A DNA stretch of 64,000 nt. It comes from Vicinamibacteria bacterium. Its GTDB lineage: Bacteria; Acidobacteriota; Vicinamibacteria; Marinacidobacterales; Marinacidobacteraceae. The notes under the pieces were generated by a model that was not told the DNA's origin, did no database searches, and worked only from the letters and a program-made list of their open reading frames with translations. Numbering within the stretch: position 1 is the first letter of the stretch; the number at the start of each line of letters is the position of its first letter. Both the position numbers and the translations under genes were made by a program. The stretch is taken from NCBI GenBank assembly GCA_964291235.2, contig OZ219815.1, positions 1,056,001-1,120,000 on the forward strand. Reading direction: 5' to 3'. Positions 27,907 to 38,230 of the stretch are shown one piece after another.

Positions 27907-30807
27907 ATGATCGTGTCCCCTGCCAAATCCCTGCTTGCTGCCGTCCTGCTGGCCCTGGTCTTCGCGTCCACCGGGTCGGGCCAGTCACTTTCGACGGTGC
28001 AGGGTTTCATCACCGACGAGAGCGGCGCCGCCGTTCCCGACGTGAACGTCGAACTCGTGGACCTGGAGCGGGGTCAGAGCCGCACCGCCGTGACGAACCG
28101 CCAGGGCTTCTTCGCCCTCCGCGCCCTGCCCAGCGGCGAATACGACCTGGTGGCCTCGCTCGCGGGGTTCCAGACGACCCGGCAGGAGCACATTCACATC
28201 CACGTCGGGCAGGTTCTGGAAGTGGACGTTCAGCTCGGTCTTGCCTCGGTGGCCGAGACGGTGGTGGTCACCGCGGATGCGCCGCTTCTTGAAGTCGGCC
28301 GGGGCGGTGCGGCCGGCTACGTGGACGAGGAGGAGATCGCATCCCTGCCGATCTCCGGTCGCGACTTCGTCCAGTTCGCGCTCCTGAAGCCGACCGTGAA
28401 AGTGGAGCCGCAGCGCGGGGGCATCTCCCTCAGCGGGCAGCGCGGGATCAACTCCGGGCTCACGATCGACGGCGCCGACGCCAAGAGCGCCTTTTTCGGC
28501 TACGGCCGAGGCGGCGAGGCGACCGAGAACGGCGGCCTGGTGGTCGCCCAGGAATCCGTGAAGGAGTTCCAGGTGGTCACCAGCGGGTATTCGGCCGAGG
28601 CCGGCCGCTCCGGCGGCGGCTATATCAACGTGGTCACCAAGGCGGGGACGAACGACTTCGCCGGCACCGGGTTCTTCTTCTTCCGGGACCAGCGGATGGT
28701 CTCCCGGCTGTCCCAGTCCCCGCTGGACGCCCACCGCGGAATCGATGCCGGTGACGACCGCTACGAAGTGGACGAGTTCGAGCGCTACAACTGGGGAGCG
28801 TCCTTCGGGGGCCCGATCGTGCGCGACCGCACGCACTTCTTCCTGTCCTACGACCAGACCGCCCGCAGCCAGCCCTTCCTTCGGGACATCCGGGGAGCGG
28901 GTCAGTACGACGCGGTGCTCGCGCGCTATCCCGACCTGGTGGCGGGATTCAGCCCGAACGGGGACGGCACCGCCAGCGGGCAGTTCGTTCGCGAGACCGA
29001 CAACCTGATCCTGTTCGGCAAGCTGAATCACCGGGTGAACGAAGAGCACTCGCTCACCGTCCGCTACAACGTCACCGACTACGCCCGCAAATCGGACTAC
29101 GTAGCCGAGGAATCGCGCAAGCTGCAGCGGACGCACGCGCTGGTCGGTTCGGTGGTTTCGCTGCTCGGAGACACCGGCGTCAACGAGTTTCGGGTCCAGT
29201 ACGCCTACGACGACCTGGATCGGCTGGCGAATCTGCCCGACAGCGCGCTGCAGGCAAACTTCCGGATCTTCGAGCCCTCCTTCGGGTCGTTCGGCAAGCC
29301 GTGGTGGCTTCCGATCTACGTGGACGAGGCGAAGATCGAGATTCAGGAGCGGTTCTCGTTCCTTTCGGGAAACCATGAGATCCGGCTCGGCTTCGACTAC
29401 AGCCGCGACGACCTGACCGAGTACTTCGCCGGCAACGCGGACGGACGCTACGACTTCGACGGGGTTTCGGAGTTCATGAGCGGCGACGCCGCCCGGGCCC
29501 GCATCTTCTTCGGGGACGTGAGCAACCCGAACTTCGACATAACCCAGCAGACCCTCGGGTTCTACCTCCAGGACAACTGGAGTTCCAGCGCCCGGCTCAC
29601 GCTCAACGTCGGGGCCCGCTGGGACGGCACCTTCAACCCCGACGGGATCGAACACGTCCTCGCCGAGGGCACCCGGATCCCGGACGATCTGGACAACGTC
29701 TCACCCCGCGCCGGATTCGTCTATGCGCTCGACGCCGACAGCCTGGTTCGCGGCGGCGCCGGGATCTTCTACGGTCGGACGCCGACGCTGCTCTTCTTCT
29801 CTGCCTACAGCGACACCGGGGTGTTTCCGCGCTACGGGAACGCCGTCGTGTCTCCGGGACAGACCGGGTTCGTGCCGCTGGGCGCCGGCATCGACAACGC
29901 GAATCCGCCGGCCGGCCTGATCCCGGCGCTCAGCTACGTCCATCCGGACTTCGAGGATCCCAGAACCACCCGCTTCAACGTGGGATACGAGCGGGAGGTC
30001 GCGAACGACCTCGCCGCCTCGCTCGACCTCGTCTATGCCCGGGGCGATCTGCTCGCCTCCAACGTGGACGCGAACGCCCCGGCGCCGAGCCGCGACGCCT
30101 TCGGCCGGCCGGTGTACTCGGGGGAGCGCATCAACCCGAACTACGGCAGGATCCTGGTGCGGGAGGCGCTCGCGCGCTCCGACTACGTGGCGGTGACGGC
30201 AGCGCTGCGGCGGCGCTTCCGGGACGGAATCCAGTTCCAGGCGCACTACACCTGGTCGCGGGATCGCTCGAACGACGACAACGAGCGCTCGTCGGGGGGC
30301 CTGACCCTCACCGATCCATCCGACCCCGACTACGACTGGGGTCTCTCCAGCCGGGACATCCCGCACCGAGTCGTGGCGAGCGGCGTCTTCACCCTCCCCT
30401 TCGACATCCTGGCGAGCGGCATCCTGACCGCCCAGTCCGGCTCCCCCTACACCGCACTCGACCCGCGGGTGGGCTTCCACAACCACCCCGACTTCTACGT
30501 CGGCCCCTACGGGCCCCAGACCCGGGCGGTGCTCGGCGGCGAACTCGCCCCAGTGAACGGCGAGCGGAACGACGCGTGGACGAATCTCGACCTCCGGATC
30601 ACCAAGCGCTTCGCCTTCGCCGGCGCCCAGCTCGAGGCGCTCTTCGAGGTGTTCAACGTCATGAACGCCGCGACGTTCCGGGTGTCGGGCTCCGACCAGC
30701 AGGAGCCGGAGTTCGATGACGGCGCGCCCAACCCGGAGTTCGGGCTCGGGGCGGCCCGGGTGGGCACGCAGCGGCAGGCGCAGTTGGGCCTGCGGGTCAT
30801 TTTCTAG
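27907..30807 (+). CDS. TonB-dependent receptor, tandem paralog
   Basis: Same motifs as the upstream gene; ends RQAQLGLRVIF. Confidence 0.93.
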   Translation: MIVSPAKSLLAAVLLALVFASTGSGQSLSTVQGFITDESGAAVPDVNVELVDLERGQSRTAVTNRQGFFALRALPSGEYDLVASLAGFQTTRQEHIHIHVGQVLEVDVQLGLASVAETVVVTADAPLLEVGRGGAAGYVDEEEIASLPISGRDFVQFALLKPTVKVEPQRGGISLSGQRGINSGLTIDGADAKSAFFGYGRGGEATENGGLVVAQESVKEFQVVTSGYSAEAGRSGGGYINVVTKAGTNDFAGTGFFFFRDQRMVSRLSQSPLDAHRGIDAGDDRYEVDEFERYNWGASFGGPIVRDRTHFFLSYDQTARSQPFLRDIRGAGQYDAVLARYPDLVAGFSPNGDGTASGQFVRETDNLILFGKLNHRVNEEHSLTVRYNVTDYARKSDYVAEESRKLQRTHALVGSVVSLLGDTGVNEFRVQYAYDDLDRLANLPDSALQANFRIFEPSFGSFGKPWWLPIYVDEAKIEIQERFSFLSGNHEIRLGFDYSRDDLTEYFAGNADGRYDFDGVSEFMSGDAARARIFFGDVSNPNFDITQQTLGFYLQDNWSSSARLTLNVGARWDGTFNPDGIEHVLAEGTRIPDDLDNVSPRAGFVYALDADSLVRGGAGIFYGRTPTLLFFSAYSDTGVFPRYGNAVVSPGQTGFVPLGAGIDNANPPAGLIPALSYVHPDFEDPRTTRFNVGYEREVANDLAASLDLVYARGDLLASNVDANAPAPSRDAFGRPVYSGERINPNYGRILVREALARSDYVAVTAALRRRFRDGIQFQAHYTWSRDRSNDDNERSSGGLTLTDPSDPDYDWGLSSRDIPHRVVASGVFTLPFDILASGILTAQSGSPYTALDPRVGFHNHPDFYVGPYGPQTRAVLGGELAPVNGERNDAWTNLDLRITKRFAFAGAQLEALFEVFNVMNAATFRVSGSDQQEPEFDDGAPNPEFGLGAARVGTQRQAQLGLRVIF

Positions 30808-31267
30808 CAGCGGTCTTCCCTCCGCCCGTAGGGCCGCCGGGCGCCGGTGACGGGACCGTCGGAACCCGCGAGACCCGGCGCCATTTGGTTCCGCGGCGCA
30901 TACCGCCAGGGACCTTGCGCTCGTGTGTACCGCACGCTAAACCTACGGATGACAACACAAGGAATAAAGACATTGCTTATTGAGGTTAGGGCTCCACGGT
31001 GGATGCTCCGTGACGGCGCGACGAACGACGTAGAGATGGTTCGTCGGGTGATTGCACGGAGGCATCAAACGGCGGCGCCGTTGCACTAAGAACGCGGACA
31101 ACGCACTCGTTCGTTCCAGGAACGCTCCTCTCGCTTCGAGAGCGGAGTGTCGGTCTTCGGTGCACCGCGGGCTGTGGTCGCAGCCCTGGCACACATGTGC
31201 GGTGAGGGATACCTGCATTCAGTCAACAAGAAGATTTCATGTGACCCAAAAGGAGAAAAGGGAAAGT

Positions 31268-31975
31268 ATGAGAAGAAAACAAATCGCGTGCGTCATCTAC
31301 GCAGTCATCGCGATCGGTATCGGCACGATGGTTGCCTGTAACGACGACGCGGCGGCACCCACGGTGCCGGTTCGCGAGACTCCGGGAGCGGGCATTCTCC
31401 CGGAGATGAGACAGCCGACCTCCCACCCCGACGGTGAAGCCCAGGGAGTGGAAGTTCAGCACAGTGCCGCCCATGCAGCGCAAATCCCGCAGGGTGAAGC
31501 GTATGGACCGGAAGTCCAGCACCACGACAGTCACCGCGTATGGCTCGAATGGGCGACCCCGGGAAGCACGCCGCACCTGTGCGAAGGCGACTCCGTTCCG
31601 GCCGCGGTGCTGAAGCGCGACGATGCGCAAGGAAATATCTACGCAATGGTCTACGTGTCGGATCCGGACCACGAGGGCGCTGCGGCCCACGCGGAAACGC
31701 GACACGTCGGGGAACACCTCCCGAGCGGAGAAGACATCGACTTCGCGGCGGGCGAGGTGAGCGTTCCGCTCTCGTACCTGGGGACGATCCACGACTGCGT
31801 GGGATGCGCCGACGTAAGGGACGTCACCGTAGGGATCGCAAGCGTTCACGACCGCGACGACGGACATAGCCATGCCGAGACCTATGGGATCGGGCCAGTG
31901 CTGACGCTCGCGGTCCACAAGAGCACTCACGCAGCGTGCCAGGAGCTGACAACGGCGCGTGTCCGCGGGAACTGA
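31268..31975 (+). CDS. Lipoprotein with a Cys-containing Calx-beta-like domain
   Basis: ATG at 31268; lipobox MVAC; LCEGD...FAAGEVS...CVGC...YGIG...C. Confidence 0.65.
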   Translation: MRRKQIACVIYAVIAIGIGTMVACNDDAAAPTVPVRETPGAGILPEMRQPTSHPDGEAQGVEVQHSAAHAAQIPQGEAYGPEVQHHDSHRVWLEWATPGSTPHLCEGDSVPAAVLKRDDAQGNIYAMVYVSDPDHEGAAAHAETRHVGEHLPSGEDIDFAAGEVSVPLSYLGTIHDCVGCADVRDVTVGIASVHDRDDGHSHAETYGIGPVLTLAVHKSTHAACQELTTARVRGN

Positions 31976-32099
31976 TCCGGCGGAGTCCGGCGGGCGCCGT
32001 CTCACGACGGCGTCCAACGGACAAGAAATGTCCTCCCAGGCCGGCCCAGTGGGCTCAGGCCTCCCCGGTGGATGGTGTAAAGCAAGGAAGGGAACGAGA

Positions 32100-32963
32100 A
32101 TGAAAGAACACACCGGTTTGATTTGGGTCGGAGCGATCCTCGCTCTCGGCCTCGGCAGTTGGACAGCGTGCGACAACGGCGGACCATCTACGGTGCCCAG
32201 GCCTCCGGAAGCGGCGCCTGCATCGCTGGAAGTTGATGGGCCAGCCACCACGCTTGCGAGGGTTACCGAAACGGCGGCCCACGACCCCCCGCTCTTACCC
32301 TGGCACGACTGTCTGAACGACGTCGGAGGCGTTTGGCAGGTGGACGACGGCCGACGATGCACGCCGATCCAGTCCCTGCACGCGGAGACGGGATGGAGTC
32401 GAAGTTGCGGGCTCAACCAGTGGTATTTCCCGAATCCCGACTGGCAGTGCTGTGTTGACGATGGAACGGGTCAGTGTGTCCCGGGAACCCAGCAGTCGGA
32501 GTCGAGTCCACCTCAGGAAACGGAGCCGGAAGGGCCGTCGGGTCCCAGGGTATGGATCCGCGGCACGAGCCCTTCAAACGGAGTCGAGCTCTGCGAAGGT
32601 GACTTCATTCACGTGGTCGGACTTCGACGATCCAGAGCGGAGGGAGAACTTCGAGGATCGCTCCACCTGGTGGACCCGGAATTGGAAGCCATGATCGATC
32701 TGGCAGACAACCCGGACACGCCTCCACACGTGCCTATTGAGGGGCCGTTCCGCCTTGCGGATGGCGAGGTCTCGATAGACACCTATGTTCTGGACCAACA
32801 GAGGATCGGTCGCTGCCCCGACTGCAGTGAACAGAGGAACGTAGTTCTGGAAATCAGGGATCTGATCTACACCGTCCCCGCCGGTACCGAGCGTTATCGG
32901 ATCGGCGACCCGGTCGTGTTTCAGGTACGAAAGGCAACGGACGACCTCTGCCAGCCGATGTGA
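32100..32963 (+). CDS. Cys-rich lipoprotein, paralogous C-terminal domain to 31268..31975
   Basis: Lipobox WTAC; LCEGD...LADGEVS...CPDC...YRIG...C. Confidence 0.65.
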   Translation: MKEHTGLIWVGAILALGLGSWTACDNGGPSTVPRPPEAAPASLEVDGPATTLARVTETAAHDPPLLPWHDCLNDVGGVWQVDDGRRCTPIQSLHAETGWSRSCGLNQWYFPNPDWQCCVDDGTGQCVPGTQQSESSPPQETEPEGPSGPRVWIRGTSPSNGVELCEGDFIHVVGLRRSRAEGELRGSLHLVDPELEAMIDLADNPDTPPHVPIEGPFRLADGEVSIDTYVLDQQRIGRCPDCSEQRNVVLEIRDLIYTVPAGTERYRIGDPVVFQVRKATDDLCQPM

Positions 32964-33154
32964 CGCTCTAGCAAAGGACAGGGAGCCCCTACCGAGAGAA
33001 CCGGGCTGGCGGCTCCTTGTGCGCCACCACGGCGGCCCTCCGCCCGTAGGCGCCGCTCGGGATTTCTCCCGTTGTTCCTCCAGCTTTCGGACTTCAACTA
33101 TTTAACCGAGTAAATCAGCCGATGAGAGGCTGTTTTACACACTAAAATAGTTCC

Positions 33155-34309
33155 ATGCTGGAACGACACCGATCTCTTCGAGCCTTGGACGCGGCGTTCG
33201 AAGACGCGCGGGCGGTAGCGATCCTTGGCCCCCGCCAGATCGGCAAGACCACTCTCGCCCGCCAGTACGGCGAACGCTGCGGGCAGCCGGTGACCCATTT
33301 CGATCTGGAGAACGCGCGCCATCTGTCACGTCTGGAAGACCCCCTCGTCGCGCTGGAAGGACTGCGCGGTCTCATCGTGCTCGACGAGATCCAGCGTCGT
33401 CCCGAGCTCTTCCCCGCGCTCCGCGTCCTGCTCGACCGCCCGGGGAGCCCGGCGCGATTCCTCGTCCTGGGATCCGCCAGCCCGGATCTGCTGCGGCAGT
33501 CAAGCGAGACCCTCGCCGGACGAATCGTGTTCCGGGAACTTTCAGGGTTGGATGCCGAGGAGACCGGAACCGACGCCCTGCCGAACCGCTGGCTGCGCGG
33601 GGGATTTCCGCGGGCCTTCCTGGCGCCGAACGATCGTGCGAGCTTCGAGTGGCGGCGCGAGTTCGCGCGCACTTTCCTGGAACGCGACCTGCCGCAACTG
33701 GGCGCGCAGCAGCCGGCGCCGGCGTTGCGGCGGTTCTGGACCATGACGGCGCACGTCCACGGCCAACTCTGGAACCACGCCGAAATGGCGCGGGCGCTCG
33801 GCGGTTCGGCGAAGGCCGCCCGGAGCTACCGCGACCTGCTCGAGGCCGCGCTCGTGCTGAGGATCCTGCCGCCGTGGTCGCAGAACCTCGGAAAGCGTCA
33901 GGTGAAAGCGCCCCGCATCTACCTCCGGGACAGCGGAATCCTTCACTACCTACTCGACATCCGCACGACGGAAGACCTCGAAAGCCACCCCAAGGTGGGA
34001 GCCTCCTTCGAGGGGTTCGCGATCCACGAGCTGATCGCGCACCTCGACGCACAACCCGAGGAGTGCTATTTCTGGCGAACCCACACCGGCGCGGAAGTGG
34101 ACTTGCTGATCATCCGCGGCCGGGAGCGTCGCGCTTTCGAGGTCAAGCGCACCACCGCGCCGCGCACGACGCGTTCGATGCACACCGCGATCGAGGACCT
34201 CGGTCTCGAACGCCTTGACGTGATCCACGCCGGGCGGGAGACCTACCCGTTACGCGACCGCATCCGTGCCGTCTCCATCTTCCGCATCCGCGAGGACGTA
34301 GAGGTCTGA
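33155..34309 (+). CDS. AAA_14 ATPase + DUF4143 (COG1373-like)
   Basis: GPRQIGKT, LDEIQ, LGSAS, GGFP, KAPRIYLRDSG, EVDL...FEVK. Confidence 0.9.
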   Translation: MLERHRSLRALDAAFEDARAVAILGPRQIGKTTLARQYGERCGQPVTHFDLENARHLSRLEDPLVALEGLRGLIVLDEIQRRPELFPALRVLLDRPGSPARFLVLGSASPDLLRQSSETLAGRIVFRELSGLDAEETGTDALPNRWLRGGFPRAFLAPNDRASFEWRREFARTFLERDLPQLGAQQPAPALRRFWTMTAHVHGQLWNHAEMARALGGSAKAARSYRDLLEAALVLRILPPWSQNLGKRQVKAPRIYLRDSGILHYLLDIRTTEDLESHPKVGASFEGFAIHELIAHLDAQPEECYFWRTHTGAEVDLLIIRGRERRAFEVKRTTAPRTTRSMHTAIEDLGLERLDVIHAGRETYPLRDRIRAVSIFRIREDVEV

Positions 34310-34532
34310 CGGAAGGCGAATAGCCGGAACCCCGCCCGAACAGGTGTGGACCACTTCGCCGCTCCGAGGGAAGTGACCTGGTCCACGAGATTTCACCCGA
34401 AGAACCGGTAGGCGCTTGAGGGTTCGGTAACGAGGGCGGCCCCCAGGAGCACGGGAAGGAGTCGCGGAAACCGACGACCGGCCCTCGCTCCGGACGCCGG
34501 CGACTCCTTGTGCGCCACGATGGTGGCGGCGG

Positions 34533-35987
34533 TTAGCCCGCGCTGTCGTCGAAGGCGGCCAGAATCGCGGAGACCGTGGCGTTCAGGTATTCGTCAAACT
34601 CGCCGGGGCTTGGACCGAGGCGCACCACCACGATGTCCCGCGACGGGATGACCATGGTGACCTGCCCCATGAACCCGGCGGCCCAGTAGGCGTCGCTCGG
34701 GACGTCCGGGTGGCGCCCGCCGAGGTTCAGCCACCAGAGGCCGCCGTACTCGCCCTCCTTCGCTCCCGGCGAGGGGCTGCTCACGAACTCCGACCAGCCT
34801 TCGGGGAGGATCCGGTCGCCCTCGAAAACGCCGTCCCAGAGGTGGAGGAGCCCGAAGCGCATCCAGTCGGCGGCGCTGCCGTACTCGTAGCCGCTCAGGA
34901 TGAAGTTGCCCCACGGGTCGGGCTCCAGCACGAAGTCCCGGGAGCCGATCCGGTCGAAGAGCATCCGCTGCGGATGGGTCAGGTATTCCTTGTCGTTGTT
35001 CTCCACCGTCTCCCGGACGATGCGTCCGAGGGTCAGCGGATCCGAGTTGCGGTAGCGGAACTCGCTTCCGGGCGGGATGCCGTAGGGCTGTCCGGAGGCG
35101 TGCTCGAAGACATTGAGCGAGTCGAAATAGACCCGCATGTGCTCGTTCTCGGGAATCAGCGACGACGCTCCCGCGAGTCCCAGGTTCGTCATGTCGAGCC
35201 CGCTGCTCATGGTGAGCAGGTGGCGCATGAGGATGACGCCGCGGGGGTCGCCCTCCGCGCGCCATTCGGCCACCGGCGCCGGGTCGTCGAGGCCGAAGTG
35301 CCCCTTCTGCATGAGCACGCCGATCAGCGTCGCGGTGACGCTCTTGCCCTCCGACCAACTGATCTGCGGGGTGTTCCGGGTGAACCCGGGGGCGTAGCGC
35401 TCGCCCACGATCTTGCCGCGGCGGACCACCGCCAGGGCGCGCGTGTTCTGCTCGGTCCCCATCGCGGCGTCGAGCGCGGCATCGAGCGCCGCGCGGTCCA
35501 CGCCGGCCTGATCCGGTTCCTCGGCGCCGATGTCCCCGAGCGGCCAGTCCTGCTCGTCCGCCGGCGGCTGGTTCCGGGGCACCGGCACGGGCGTGAACCG
35601 CACCGAGTCGGCGCCGTCCTCCAGGAGCGTGCATCCCTGGTCACCGTGGTACTTCGCGGTGCGGCGCGCCACATCGGCGGCCCACACCGTGGCGCTCTTC
35701 GCCTCCAAATCCACTTCCCACTCGAAGTCGTCCTGCCAGGCGAATCCGACGAAAGGCTCGATGTCCTGAGCCAGCACTTCCTCGGGAGTTCGCTCCGTGA
35801 CCCGCCCCACGACGAAGGTGCCGGAGCAGAGATGGTGCGCGCCGATCCCGGCGGCGTACTTCCGGAAGCGATCGGCGTCGGCATCCTCCGCGGGGTCACC
35901 GCCGCCGTTTCCGCCTCCGCAAGCGGCCAGAAGTGCGAGCGCCGCCGCAAGCACGACAAGAGTGCGCCAGGTCCGTGATTCTTTCAT
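34533..35987 (-). CDS. Serine hydrolase (AmpC/beta-lactamase-like) lipoprotein
   Basis: Lipobox LAAC; SEGK (SxxK), HLLTMSSG, YRN, AGFMGQ. Confidence 0.9.
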   Translation of the reverse strand: MKESRTWRTLVVLAAALALLAACGGGNGGGDPAEDADADRFRKYAAGIGAHHLCSGTFVVGRVTERTPEEVLAQDIEPFVGFAWQDDFEWEVDLEAKSATVWAADVARRTAKYHGDQGCTLLEDGADSVRFTPVPVPRNQPPADEQDWPLGDIGAEEPDQAGVDRAALDAALDAAMGTEQNTRALAVVRRGKIVGERYAPGFTRNTPQISWSEGKSVTATLIGVLMQKGHFGLDDPAPVAEWRAEGDPRGVILMRHLLTMSSGLDMTNLGLAGASSLIPENEHMRVYFDSLNVFEHASGQPYGIPPGSEFRYRNSDPLTLGRIVRETVENNDKEYLTHPQRMLFDRIGSRDFVLEPDPWGNFILSGYEYGSAADWMRFGLLHLWDGVFEGDRILPEGWSEFVSSPSPGAKEGEYGGLWWLNLGGRHPDVPSDAYWAAGFMGQVTMVIPSRDIVVVRLGPSPGEFDEYLNATVSAILAAFDDSAG

Positions 35988-36130
35988 CGGGCGTCCCTCC
36001 CGTTCCAGGGGAAATCCGATTCTACGGGACCGCGCGGCGGGGCTGTCTCGACCGGCTGAGCCCGGTGTCCGTTTTCCGGGCAGCCCTACCGACCAGCCGG
36101 GTCCGACGACCGACATGGAGTTCATGTATC

Positions 36131-36149
36131 CATTTGGACGGTCCAAATG
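36131..36149. promoter_or_regulatory. Perfect palindromic operator-like site
   Basis: CATTTGGAC-G-GTCCAAATG upstream of the serine hydrolase. Confidence 0.55.
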
Positions 36150-36346
36150 CCAAATTGAGCTATCACCTGTTCGTCCGCAACGTCCTCTGCCGAGGGAAAA
36201 CGCCCCGTCACCCTCGTGGCCAGGCCGCCTCGGCACCAATAGGACGCCGTGACGCCTGGGCTACCAGCCCAACCTCCCAGCCTGCAACACCCTGACGGCC
36301 GCCACGGATTCCCAGGTGTTCACCCGGGCCGGCCTCCGCAACCAAT

Positions 36347-38230
36347 TCAGCCGGAAAAGGACTCCATCCGGCGGAGCGCTTCCTTGATCAGCTCCTCCGA
36401 CTGCAGCATCGAGACCCGGGCGTAGCGGTCCCAGCGCTTCCCGAAAGCGGTCCCCGGAAACATGAGCACGCGCGCCTCGGTGAGCAGGCGCCGGCAGAAG
36501 GATTCGGCGGAGAGTCCGAAACGGGAGATGTCCGCCCACACAAAGAACCCGCCCCCCTGAGCGGCGGTGGGGATGCCGAGGCGGGCGAAACCGTCGAGCA
36601 GCAGTTGTCTTCTGGGAGCGTAGATCTCGCGCAGCCGGGCCGGGAACGCGTCGCCCCCGGCGAGTGCGGCGGCCGCCGCCCGCTGGGAAAAGAGCGGCGA
36701 CGGCCCGGAGACCGCGGTTTTCAGGCGCGCGCAGGCGGCGATGGCGTCCGCCGGGCCGGTCAGGTAGCCGACCCGGAAGCCGGTCATCGCGTAGCTCTTG
36801 GAGACGCTGCTCATCGTCAGCGTCCGGTTCCGCATCCCCGGCAGCGTGGACGGGGAGAGGATCGGCCCCTTACCGTCGAGGGCCATATCCGCGTACACCT
36901 CGTCGGACAGCACCCAGAGGTGGTGGCGGTCCGCCAACCGGCAAAGATCCTCCACCTCTCCGTGCAGCGTCCGGGCGCCGGTCGGGTTCGAAAAGTTCAC
37001 GATCGCCAGCAGCCGGGGTCTCTCCGCTTGGCCGAGGACGCGCTCCGCGGCGGCGGCGCGCATTCCGAAGTCTTCCCCGTCCGCTCCGGACACCCCGCCG
37101 CAGGGCACGGGGGCCATGCGTCCCCGGGCGAGCGCGATGGCCTGCTGGTAGGAGGTGTACCGCGGGTCGGCCAGCAGGACCTCCTCGCGGTCCCCGACCA
37201 GCGCCAGCATGGCGAGGGTGATGCCCTCCTGGGCGCCGCCGGTGACCAGCGTTTCGGTGTCCGGATCCCAACGGATGCCGGTTCGGCTCTCCTCGCGTTC
37301 GACGATGCGCTCCCGCAGCCAGCGTTGGCCGAGAGGGTCCAGCGGTTCCGTCTCGGGGATCCGGGCGCAGGCGGCCTCCAGAACCGGCTCGGGCGCGTCG
37401 GCGTCGGGGTCGCCCCGCCCGAGGCTCACCACCCCGTCGAGCGCGGCGGCGAGTTCCATCAACGAGTAGCGCGAATCGTCCTTCCCCGGCTTCGCCAGCA
37501 CGGGGCGCGGCCGCGGTTTGGCCGCCCCCGCGCCGAGCCGGAGCGCCGCGGTCCGCTGCGAAGGCGCCGCGGTACAGATCGAGACGGCCTGTTTCAGGCT
37601 GCGGAGCCGGCCGAGGAGCCGCGGCGGCGCCCGGAAAAAGCCCACCCGGAACGGAGCGAGTTCGGGCAGGCCGTCGAGGGATCCGACGAGCACGGCGTCT
37701 TCCCCAACTCCGGCCAGGAACGAATCCGCCGCCTCGCCGGAGCCGAGCAGCCGGGCGCCGCAATCGACGATCTCGAAGGGTGCGTCCCCGCCGGCTTCCT
37801 CGGGGGTGGTCACCCGGGCGACGGCATCCGCGCCAGCGTTCCCGGCTGCCGGAGACAGTTCGAGCGCCGCGCAGGCGGCGAGCACCCCCGGATCTCCCTC
37901 CAACCCGGGGGACAGCGCCGCGCCAGCGGGGGTGTCGCCGCGCTCCGCCCGGGCTCCGGCGAGGGCGACGAAGAGAGCTTCCTGTCGCCCGCCGGTGATG
38001 ACCACCGTGCCCCCGGACGGCGCTCCGGCAGCTTCGATCCGCTCCCCGACGGCGTCTTGCAGCTCCGGTAGCCCGGGGCGCGGCGTGTAGTGGGTCTCGC
38101 CGCCGAGCAGCGCGGACCGGAGGGCGGCCGCATGTTCCGGAGCGAGCGACGCTCCCGCGTCGGGAAGGGGCCTTCCCACTCCCAGCGCGTGAGACCGGTC
38201 GGAGACCGGAATGGGACAGAAGTGGTTCAC
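36347..38230 (-). CDS. Class I/II aminotransferase with an N-terminal degenerate duplicate domain
   Basis: C-half has NFSNPTG, SDEVY, SVSKSYAMTGFRVG; N-half has THYTPRPG, TGGRQEAL, FRVG but no PLP lysine. Confidence 0.88.
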   Translation of the reverse strand: MNHFCPIPVSDRSHALGVGRPLPDAGASLAPEHAAALRSALLGGETHYTPRPGLPELQDAVGERIEAAGAPSGGTVVITGGRQEALFVALAGARAERGDTPAGAALSPGLEGDPGVLAACAALELSPAAGNAGADAVARVTTPEEAGGDAPFEIVDCGARLLGSGEAADSFLAGVGEDAVLVGSLDGLPELAPFRVGFFRAPPRLLGRLRSLKQAVSICTAAPSQRTAALRLGAGAAKPRPRPVLAKPGKDDSRYSLMELAAALDGVVSLGRGDPDADAPEPVLEAACARIPETEPLDPLGQRWLRERIVEREESRTGIRWDPDTETLVTGGAQEGITLAMLALVGDREEVLLADPRYTSYQQAIALARGRMAPVPCGGVSGADGEDFGMRAAAAERVLGQAERPRLLAIVNFSNPTGARTLHGEVEDLCRLADRHHLWVLSDEVYADMALDGKGPILSPSTLPGMRNRTLTMSSVSKSYAMTGFRVGYLTGPADAIAACARLKTAVSGPSPLFSQRAAAAALAGGDAFPARLREIYAPRRQLLLDGFARLGIPTAAQGGGFFVWADISRFGLSAESFCRRLLTEARVLMFPGTAFGKRWDRYARVSMLQSEELIKEALRRMESFSG

